From positions 5,111 to 69,110 of the IMG/VR virus record IMGVR_UViG_3300050821_001265: a DNA stretch of 64,000 nucleotides. One strand, given 5' to 3'. A model generated the notes under the pieces. It was not told where the DNA came from. It saw nothing but the letters and a program-made list of their open reading frames with translations, and ran no database searches. Shown piece by piece: positions 25,689 through 32,854 of the stretch (within the stretch, counting starts at the first letter, position 1; every line of letters begins with the position of its first letter). Both the position numbers and the translations under genes were made by a program. Source of the stretch: a virus.

Positions 25689-27413
25689 ATGTTTACGCGA
25701 CTGTGGCGCGCCTTCCTAGCGCGCTGGGGACGGCTATGGCCGTTTCCTTCCCTAGTCCCGGAGACCGCGCCGGTAGGCGTCCCGCAGCCCGTAGGAACCT
25801 CCCGGAGCGTTCCGGAGCCTCCCGGGCTAGGTCCGGCTATCCGCCTCCCGGAAACACCCGTAGGAGCCTCCCTAGCCGTCCCGGAGCCTCGCCCCGTAGG
25901 AGCCTCCCTAGCCGTTCCGGAGCCTCCCAGGCTAGGTCCGGCTAGCCGCGCCGGGAAAGCCTCCGGACGCGCCCCGGAGCCCCAGCGCGACCCCTTCCCG
26001 CCCCCACCGCCTCCCGAAGATGGCTGCTACCTTACGGACGATATGGGCCCGGAGGAACAGCGCCGGAGGTTACGGGAGCAGTATGAGAAGGAGCGGCGGA
26101 AGCACGATAAGTTTGTGGAGCCGAAAGGTCCCCATCCGGTTAAGCGCCAGCGCGTCCCGGTAGTAATGGATGAAGAGGAGTTAGACGCGCACGAACCGAC
26201 GCACCATGTTCCTGAAAAGGAAAGAGCGCGGCCCATCCCTGCGCTCGATGGTCCGCTGGTACCTGAAGGCTTTTTAATTGACCAACATCACGAAGGCGGA
26301 AAGGTCCTATTTGAAGAGGCTGAGTCCTGGGGTCAGTTTAATTTCCGCGATACTATCCTTGGCCAACTAGAGCGCTATTTTGTTTATCTGCGCCGTATGC
26401 GCCGGACTGATAAGTCAGCCTATGATTTGTATCGCGCTGTCGGCGCCACCATTGAGCCATATCTGTCCAATGTTTGGCATGGCGAGGCTGACGCTGGGGA
26501 CGCAGAACTGCTGTATAAATTCTCCGAGGAGACCATTGAGTATATGAAACGGGACGAACTATCCCCAGCCTTCATAAGAGACCGTCCAGCCTTCGGCTGT
26601 GTAACTTATGGAACCGATCCGCTTTCAGAAAGCCGCGAGTTGACCCAATCAACTAAAACAAAACGAGTTCTTTGGATACCCAAGTTCATGTACTTCACGA
26701 AATTCGAGAAGCCGCCAATCAAGTGGCAACCGATGTCCAGAGTCAAGGGCGACGTGTACGGTCTAACCGTATGGTGGGACCGTCCTCACGATCCGAGGGA
26801 GTATCGACGCAAGTATGGCGTACCTCAAGACTTCGGGGTTTGGGTAAGCAAAGATGGTAAAACAATCCGCATCCTTAAGCAGCATCTGAAGTGGAACCGT
26901 TGGGCGTACCCTCACGACTTTAAGGACTGGGCGAAAAATCGCGGCGTGGATGTACAAGTTTTTCTTCGCCATCTGTTCATCATGGCGGTAAGACATGCGG
27001 AAGACATCGAGCTATCCATGGTCCGCGTCAACGTACACAAGCGCGACCTAACCGCCGTGTTCGGAGTAAACGTGGAGCGTCTCGCCTACTTCTTCCAGGA
27101 TCGTGACTTTGCGCTTACGGCTACAGGTAGCCGCAAGCGTATCTTCCATCTCGTCAAACCGTATCAACGCAAGGACGGCAGCTGGACAAAGATGTACTTT
27201 GCCGGGGAGCGCGAGTTTGAATGGGCAGGGTACCACGTTCAGCTAACGGTTCCGGGTCTACATCATCAAAGCCTAAACACTTTCCATTATGGTAGCATCG
27301 ACAGCGGCAGAGTTAAGGATCCAGACAACCCAAAGAAATACGTTAGTACTGAATACATGGCCAAGATATTCGCGGAGTACATCCGTACTGGCAAGATTAG
27401 AAAAGGGGACTAG
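25689..27413 (+). CDS. hypothetical protein with Pro-rich repeat N-terminus
   Basis: 574 aa; C-terminal RKRIFHLVKPY.R motif. Confidence 0.7.
   Translation: MFTRLWRAFLARWGRLWPFPSLVPETAPVGVPQPVGTSRSVPEPPGLGPAIRLPETPVGASLAVPEPRPVGASLAVPEPPRLGPASRAGKASGRAPEPQRDPFPPPPPPEDGCYLTDDMGPEEQRRRLREQYEKERRKHDKFVEPKGPHPVKRQRVPVVMDEEELDAHEPTHHVPEKERARPIPALDGPLVPEGFLIDQHHEGGKVLFEEAESWGQFNFRDTILGQLERYFVYLRRMRRTDKSAYDLYRAVGATIEPYLSNVWHGEADAGDAELLYKFSEETIEYMKRDELSPAFIRDRPAFGCVTYGTDPLSESRELTQSTKTKRVLWIPKFMYFTKFEKPPIKWQPMSRVKGDVYGLTVWWDRPHDPREYRRKYGVPQDFGVWVSKDGKTIRILKQHLKWNRWAYPHDFKDWAKNRGVDVQVFLRHLFIMAVRHAEDIELSMVRVNVHKRDLTAVFGVNVERLAYFFQDRDFALTATGSRKRIFHLVKPYQRKDGSWTKMYFAGEREFEWAGYHVQLTVPGLHHQSLNTFHYGSIDSGRVKDPDNPKKYVSTEYMAKIFAEYIRTGKIRKGD
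25755..25985 (+). repeat. degenerate ~10-12-bp periodic repeat (CCGGAGCCTCCC/CCGTAGGAGCC)
   Basis: CCGG recurs at 25758, 25770, 25802, 25812, 25822, 25833, 25848, 25881, 25917, 25938, 25951, 25963 and 25974. Confidence 0.7.
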
Positions 27414-27415
27414 GA

Positions 27416-28093
27416 ATGAAACAAGGAGATAATCGTGGCCGCTGGGGTTCTGCGAGTAAGCGCGCAGCTGGACCGCATATGATCACTACCGAGGCGCAAA
27501 CCTTAGATGAAGTTCTGGATATTTTGAAAGACAAGCAGCGCCGCAAGCCGTCACCGCCGACCCTACGTCAAGAGTTAGGTTTGAGCAAACTTCAACGACG
27601 CAATGTAACTCTACCTATGGGCGGAGTCAAATTGACTCCGATAAAGTTACATCAACAAAATCGCGGACAGACATCAGTAATCGGACATCAGCCATGGACC
27701 GAGGCAGAAGTGGTAGAGGCGTATCGGTCGGGAATTGATAGGATAGTTGATCTAGGCAAACTGGCTAAGGTTCCGCTCAATCGAGTTCGCGCATGGTTGT
27801 ACAAATTTGGAGTTTGGGAGATACCCGAAGTAGTCTCTCTCGAAAGATATCAGGATATGCTAAAGAAACAGAAAGAACGATTGGCCATTAGGAGAGCCAA
27901 GTCTAAGGATATACAGGAACGGCGGACGATTGCAATGCGTCGCCGCAAGAAAAATAATCTGCTTTGTGCTCCTTATGAAGAGACGATATCTGAATGGGAA
28001 TTGAAAAGTAGCATAGAGTACACAGAACAACAAATCAAAAAGACTAATCAACTACACAAAGACCGTCTTGTCTGGATAAAGGAGAACGAATAA
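27416..28093 (+). CDS. hypothetical basic protein (possible HTH)
   Basis: 225-aa ORF, visibly AT-richer than its neighbours. Confidence 0.55.
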   Translation: MKQGDNRGRWGSASKRAAGPHMITTEAQTLDEVLDILKDKQRRKPSPPTLRQELGLSKLQRRNVTLPMGGVKLTPIKLHQQNRGQTSVIGHQPWTEAEVVEAYRSGIDRIVDLGKLAKVPLNRVRAWLYKFGVWEIPEVVSLERYQDMLKKQKERLAIRRAKSKDIQERRTIAMRRRKKNNLLCAPYEETISEWELKSSIEYTEQQIKKTNQLHKDRLVWIKENE

Positions 28094-28345
28094 GGCTGCA
28101 AGCTACGAGATGGCCAAACAACTTCAATTACTACCGGGAGGTGTCGTGATGATTCACCAAAGAGCGCTAGTGTACGCTTTTATAATCGCAATGATGATTA
28201 TCGCGCTCTGGCTTCTATCTGATTGTAGCTCTGACTATAGCCGCGAGCGTAACAGCGGTGGAATGAAAAATGGAGTCATCACTGATCTACATAAATACTG
28301 TTTGGAGTTTCCAAAGGACGCTGCGTGTCAAGGAAAGGAGAGCAA

Positions 28346-28603
28346 ATGATGGACGATCTAACTGAATGGAAGAAGCGCGCGGATGGCGGCGATAGCCGCT
28401 ATGCGATAGCGCTAGCACTAATGGCTATTGCGGAAGCTATCAGTGATAAGGGAACAAAGGAGGTAGGAATCATAGACCATGTTAGCTCATCGCTAGACGA
28501 TAAGTTTGATACGTTGATTCGAGTCATGGAGAGACTACCAGAGGAGGAGGGTGATACGCCACTATCACCTCCTCTGAAGCGGCGATGGTGGCATCGAACC
28601 TAA
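28346..28603 (+). CDS. hypothetical protein
   Basis: AAGGAGAGCAAATG start. Confidence 0.55.
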   Translation: MMDDLTEWKKRADGGDSRYAIALALMAIAEAISDKGTKEVGIIDHVSSSLDDKFDTLIRVMERLPEEEGDTPLSPPLKRRWWHRT

Positions 28604-28773
28604 AGACGCCTTCGGAATACTAACTACCAACCACAACCAGGAGTAAAGCAAATGGAAGAGTTGAGAGAGCGCATCAACAATCTCTATGGCGCCTTGCTTT
28701 TGAGCGCCATAAAAATAAAAGAGTTGGAGGAGGAAAAAAAGAAGCGAAATGGAAGCAAACGATAATAAGATTG

Positions 28774-28806
28774 AACCCCAGGCGGTCTCCCGTCCTGGGG
28801 TTTTTT
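28774..28806 (+). terminator. rho-independent terminator
   Basis: CCCCAGG-CGG-TCTC-CCG-T-CCTGGGG followed by T6. Confidence 0.8.
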
Positions 28807-29049
28807 CATTTCGGAGTTGCGCAGTGATTGAGATTTGGAAATGCGGCTTCTGTGGCCGTCCTTACTGGAAATGTAGGTGTAACTTGAAGACCGATAAATG
28901 TAAGCTATGCGGCAAGCGTATCTATCTAATCAAGACTGGGAAGGGAAAGGAGACCTACAAGTGGGTAACTGATCCGGACAAGCCAACGTCATGGACGTGT
29001 AAAGTCAATATTGACTTCCCGCTTCGATCTCACAGCCCGGAGAATAAAA

Positions 29050-29307
29050 ATGAAGACAACTAGAGTTCCAGCGGAGCGCTGCATCGGATGCGGAGAAGAA
29101 AATGACACGGCTTCAAATATTGACCAACAAACGCCAAGTCCTGGCGATCTATCAATTTGCATCAAATGCGGATACCTAAGCATATTCACAAAAGACCTAC
29201 GTCACCGTCCATTGACGGTAAAGGAATTAGAGGAGGCATCAGCCGATCCACGTATTCAAATTATACAAATGGTAAGACGCCATGTTATAAAAAACCCCGA
29301 TGCTTGA
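29050..29307 (+). CDS. zinc-ribbon protein
   Basis: CIGC...PSPGDLSICIKCG. Confidence 0.65.
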   Translation: MKTTRVPAERCIGCGEENDTASNIDQQTPSPGDLSICIKCGYLSIFTKDLRHRPLTVKELEEASADPRIQIIQMVRRHVIKNPDA

Positions 29308-29363
29308 TAGCACCGGGGTCAGTCTCCGCACAGTCCCTGGTCTCGGGAGTAAGATCAGGGTTT
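29289..29363. terminator. terminator hairpins at the convergence of the two genome arms
   Basis: A6 plus hairpin 29294-29319 (terminator for the minus strand); hairpin CCCTGGTCT/AGATCAGGG at 29335-29360 plus TTT. Confidence 0.55.
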
Positions 29364-29518
29364 CAATATCCTTGCGTCTTTACAGAGCGTCTCTGCGCTG
29401 CGGCGAATATCTTGCGTTCTTGATCCGTCAACTTCCGTTCGCGCGGCTGACGAAATTTCCGTAACCGAAAGCGCGTCATAATCCGCGCGCGCAGCTTCCT
29501 ACAATACTCGCAGCTCAT
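29363..29518 (-). CDS. small basic CxxC protein
   Basis: MSCEYCRKLRAR...; last gene of the late operon. Confidence 0.5.
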   Translation of the reverse strand: MSCEYCRKLRARIMTRFRLRKFRQPRERKLTDQERKIFAAAQRRSVKTQGY

Positions 29519-29519
29519 G

Positions 29520-30176
29520 TTACGTCTCTCTAACATCCACGTGAACGATAACACCAGCCGGCGCTTCAATCGTAACATTCACGTGAAGCTCAGCGGCTGG
29601 CGGTCCCGGATGCTGTTCAAGCGGAGGCGGATGCGATGGATCGTCAGGAACTTGCGCGCCGCCAACTGACTCCGCGATAGCCTCGCAGATCGCCTCAAAG
29701 TGTTCGTTGTAAAGATTGCTGTCCGAAGTATTATCGCAGAAGCAGACTTCGAGTAGGATCGCTGGCTTATTAGTTCCGTTCAGGAACGCCAAGCCGCCAT
29801 TATATTTGGCGCCGCGATTTGTAAACTTCCCCGCCCCAACGATAGCGTCGCAGACCCTCTTCGCGAGTGACTCTTGCGACACGTACAAGACCTCCGTCCC
29901 ATGAGCGCTATGATTGTAAGCATTAAAGTGGCAGCTCACATCATAGTCGCGGGATTGTTTGTTATGCCACGCGACGATTGTATTGAGGTTTTCATTTTGG
30001 CTATGGGAGGTGTCGTCGTGAAATTTCACACAGCCAACTCCCGCGCTCGCCAGCATCTCAGCTACCCGATCAACGACCTTGCGCGCCTCGTTCACTTCAT
30101 CCAGCTGCGGCGGGACCGGAGACCCGCTCGCGCCACGGATATATTTTCCATGTCCTGAGCTAATAGCGATTTTCAT
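29520..30176 (-). CDS. N-acetylmuramoyl-L-alanine amidase (Amidase_3) endolysin
   Basis: ISSGHG, E, SCHFNA, GTEVLY and PAILLEVCF zinc-amidase motifs. Confidence 0.9.
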   Translation of the reverse strand: MKIAISSGHGKYIRGASGSPVPPQLDEVNEARKVVDRVAEMLASAGVGCVKFHDDTSHSQNENLNTIVAWHNKQSRDYDVSCHFNAYNHSAHGTEVLYVSQESLAKRVCDAIVGAGKFTNRGAKYNGGLAFLNGTNKPAILLEVCFCDNTSDSNLYNEHFEAICEAIAESVGGAQVPDDPSHPPPLEQHPGPPAAELHVNVTIEAPAGVIVHVDVRET

Positions 30177-30396
30177 TTTTGGGGTCCCTTTGTTGGTAGT
30201 GCTTCAGCACGAATAGCCGAACCGCCGATGTTAGGTTGAACGGTTCGTATCCCGCTTTGATTTGATCGATCAATTCTTGTAGACTGATCCCTTGGTCCTT
30301 AGCTATCTGACGAAGAGCGGACCAGTACTCGACTTCCAAGGATAGACTAGTTTGTCTGCCACGTACTTCAACAGATCGCTTCTTCGCCTGCGCCAT
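30160..30396 (-). CDS. ribbon-helix-helix (RHH_4) protein
   Basis: KRSV.V.G.QTSLSLE..YW.AL..IA...NLTSAVRLFVL. Confidence 0.85.
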   Translation of the reverse strand: MAQAKKRSVEVRGRQTSLSLEVEYWSALRQIAKDQGISLQELIDQIKAGYEPFNLTSAVRLFVLKHYQQRDPKNENRY

Positions 30397-30566
30397 TGAT
30401 GCCCCCATCATAGCGCCGCCCCGTGCTTATCATTTTTTCATTTGCTGTCGTAACAATAGCTCCACTGCCTCTACTATCCAACGATACGTCTCAACAAATT
30501 GATCGTTCTTCAGAGCGTCAATTTCCTCCTTGCGCTTTAGCAGCGCTTGAATCTTTTCATCATCGC

Positions 30567-31004
30567 TCATGGAAATTTCATCGGCTCAAATATTGGTATA
30601 TCAATCTCCTTGAATACCGGAGACCTTCCACGAAAGCTATTAGGACGCGCCGGTGGCGCTGGCGGCGCTGGTAACGACTCCGACCCATACGGTCGCGGCG
30701 GCGCTTGTAACAACTTGAGCGCATCGTCCGGTAGGATACAATGCATCGCCTTTTCGGTTAGATCGTTAGTGTCTTTGATCATCGTGGCCCACTGCGTGAA
30801 CAGTTTGTCCTGAGACTTAAACAACTCAACAGCTGTCGTTTCCGTTCTCGTTGTGATCCTATTCATGTAATAATAAAACAAACCCATCAATGCGAGGTTC
30901 GTGATGATCATAGCCAGCACCAATGGCATATTGCGGAAGGTTTCAACCGCCCCGGTCGCGACGGTGCCGACTGCCTTTACGCCTTCCTCCATTACGCCTG
31001 ACAT
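30567..31004 (-). CDS. single-TM membrane protein, holin-like candidate
   Basis: TM helix PLVLAMIITNLALMGLFYYY followed by a coiled coil; lies between two cell-wall hydrolases. Confidence 0.5.
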   Translation of the reverse strand: MSGVMEEGVKAVGTVATGAVETFRNMPLVLAMIITNLALMGLFYYYMNRITTRTETTAVELFKSQDKLFTQWATMIKDTNDLTEKAMHCILPDDALKLLQAPPRPYGSESLPAPPAPPARPNSFRGRSPVFKEIDIPIFEPMKFP

Positions 31005-31013
31005 GTTCGTCTC

Positions 31014-32018
31014 CTACGCCACTGGCGTATCGTCTATTGGTTCCATCTCATCAATAAATCTTTGGATCAACCGGAATAGATCATCGGCCTCCGGGCGCAG
31101 TTCCGCTTCCTTGCGTTTGATCGGTCCCCAGTGATCCTTGAGGACGCGAAGTCCGACCGCGCAAACCTCGACGCAAAACTGCGGGCAGTGCTTACACATG
31201 GTCTGAAAATTGAAACCCTTGCCGCTTCCGTAGCATCCCCAATCGGAACTACTACAACTGACGTCTTCAGAGAAGATGTCAAGCGCGCAGAGCGGTTGTG
31301 ATCCGTCTAATCCGCCACCGGCCAGATACTCATCATATAATTTTTGCATCTCCGGCGAAGCCGACAACGAGTTAGCCGATTGCTGATACAACCCAGCTTC
31401 AGCCGTGTCGCTCGATGTATTGCTCGCGGATTGGTCGCGACCTTCGCAGTGCTGACCGCTACTCTCCCGCATCCCTAGTCCCATCAATAATACGAACAAA
31501 TGCCGAAGGGTATCGGGTCCAGCCTCCTCATTGTCCATACCAATCGAATTAAAATTTGACCGGTACCAACTAAGCGCGTCCTTCGCGTCATCGTATGTAT
31601 CGGCTTTCGCCATCTCGCGCGCGGACGAATCACCAGCCAAGTATTTGCGATAGACCGTACTCCACGCGAGCGCCATACCTTGAATATATCCAGCCGGCGC
31701 GCGTCCGCGATCATGCCAATTATAGGACGCTATCTTGCTCTTGTTCGCTACCTCGCAGATAGCATCGATTTGCTCATCGTTGAGAACAGCAAACATCGGA
31801 GGTGGATACGGCGGCAGATCAAACTCGCGTTCAAGCGCAACCCACGTATCAGTGCCGACGATGCCATCAACAGTCAAGTTTTGCTCCTCCTGGAACTCCT
31901 CGACCGCTTCCTCCGTAATAGACCCGAAGTCGGAGTCAAGCGGTTCACATTCCAGACACTGCTGGACGATCAGAACATCCGGACCGTAGCTCCCATATTT
32001 CAATAATGGGCGTCCCAT
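31014..32018 (-). CDS. peptidoglycan-binding protein with lysozyme-like catalytic domain
   Basis: PG_binding_1 pattern (L..GS.G.DV..VQ...FG..TE.AV..FQ....L.VDGIVG..TW); MRESSG...AGLYQ resembles transglycosylase ES/GLxQ motifs. Confidence 0.75.
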   Translation of the reverse strand: MGRPLLKYGSYGPDVLIVQQCLECEPLDSDFGSITEEAVEEFQEEQNLTVDGIVGTDTWVALEREFDLPPYPPPMFAVLNDEQIDAICEVANKSKIASYNWHDRGRAPAGYIQGMALAWSTVYRKYLAGDSSAREMAKADTYDDAKDALSWYRSNFNSIGMDNEEAGPDTLRHLFVLLMGLGMRESSGQHCEGRDQSASNTSSDTAEAGLYQQSANSLSASPEMQKLYDEYLAGGGLDGSQPLCALDIFSEDVSCSSSDWGCYGSGKGFNFQTMCKHCPQFCVEVCAVGLRVLKDHWGPIKRKEAELRPEADDLFRLIQRFIDEMEPIDDTPVA

Positions 32019-32028
32019 AGTTCCCCTC

Positions 32029-32124
32029 TCAGTGTACCGGGAATACCAGCACGATCGTCAGCACGATCATCATCAGCGCGAAAAGAGCGAGCACGACAAT
32101 CAGGCGTTCCCACCATTTCATCAT
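32029..32124 (-). CDS. 31-aa single-TM peptide
   Basis: Manually translated MMKWWERLIVVLALFALMMIVLTIVLVFPVH; below the ORF-track cutoff. Confidence 0.5.
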   Translation of the reverse strand: MMKWWERLIVVLALFALMMIVLTIVLVFPVH

Positions 32125-32147
32125 GCTCGCCTATTACTGCCTAGCGT

Positions 32148-32744
32148 TTATTTTTTCGCTGCTGCTGGCGCCGCTCCTGATGGCGCCGGATGCGCACCAC
32201 TCGGAACGCCAACGACGATCCATCCAGTTGTCGGTGTCCAAGCCACCTTCCATTCAATAGGCGGTTGGCCCTCAACGGGTGGCGGCGTGACTTCAGGTGG
32301 CAACACAATCGGATGCGATGGTGTCCATGGAAATACTGGTAGTTGTACCGCAATCGGCGGACTACCAGGCGGTGATGTTGGCGGCGCTGGAATGTAGATC
32401 GGATGTTCGGGATGTGCTCCCGCTGGCGGCTGCGGCTTCACTCCAGGCCCCATCCCGCCGCCCCAATAACCAGGAGGCATCTGAGGTGGGCCCCAAATCC
32501 CAAGCGGTGGTTGCCCCGGTTGCGGCCCAGGCGGACCCGCATCCACATAAGGCGGCCACGGATTAGCAATAGGGTGACTCGGGTGAACCGGAGACCAACT
32601 AGGCGGTTGGCTTGGCCATGGCGGCTGCGGCATCGGGAACCCGATGTCAACATAAGGCGGCCTGCCACCAGGCATCGGTCCACCGCCGATGCTCAAGGTT
32701 GGATCATACATTTCACCAATAATAACGACGGGTCTTCCTGCCAT
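32148..32744 (-). CDS. proline-rich protein
   Basis: HP.HPI repeats and C-terminal W..AW.P.TGW; AAGGAG RBS. Confidence 0.7.
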   Translation of the reverse strand: MAGRPVVIIGEMYDPTLSIGGGPMPGGRPPYVDIGFPMPQPPWPSQPPSWSPVHPSHPIANPWPPYVDAGPPGPQPGQPPLGIWGPPQMPPGYWGGGMGPGVKPQPPAGAHPEHPIYIPAPPTSPPGSPPIAVQLPVFPWTPSHPIVLPPEVTPPPVEGQPPIEWKVAWTPTTGWIVVGVPSGAHPAPSGAAPAAAKK

Positions 32745-32854
32745 GGTAACAACTCCTTTGCGGTTGATTGGGGTTCAATTTAAGAGATGCGCTAACACCC
32801 CTACAATTAGCGTATCGGCTTATCAGGTATTCGTTCTGCGAGTGATCTTATCTG

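Noticed and set aside
28749-28823. N-terminus of ORF 28749-29063
   Set aside because: It runs through a clear terminator (28774-28806); any real gene starts downstream.
29320-29334. AGTCTCC between terminator hairpins as another anti-RBS seed (antisense to GGAGACT)
   Set aside because: Only 7 nt and explicable by chance; not counted as evidence.
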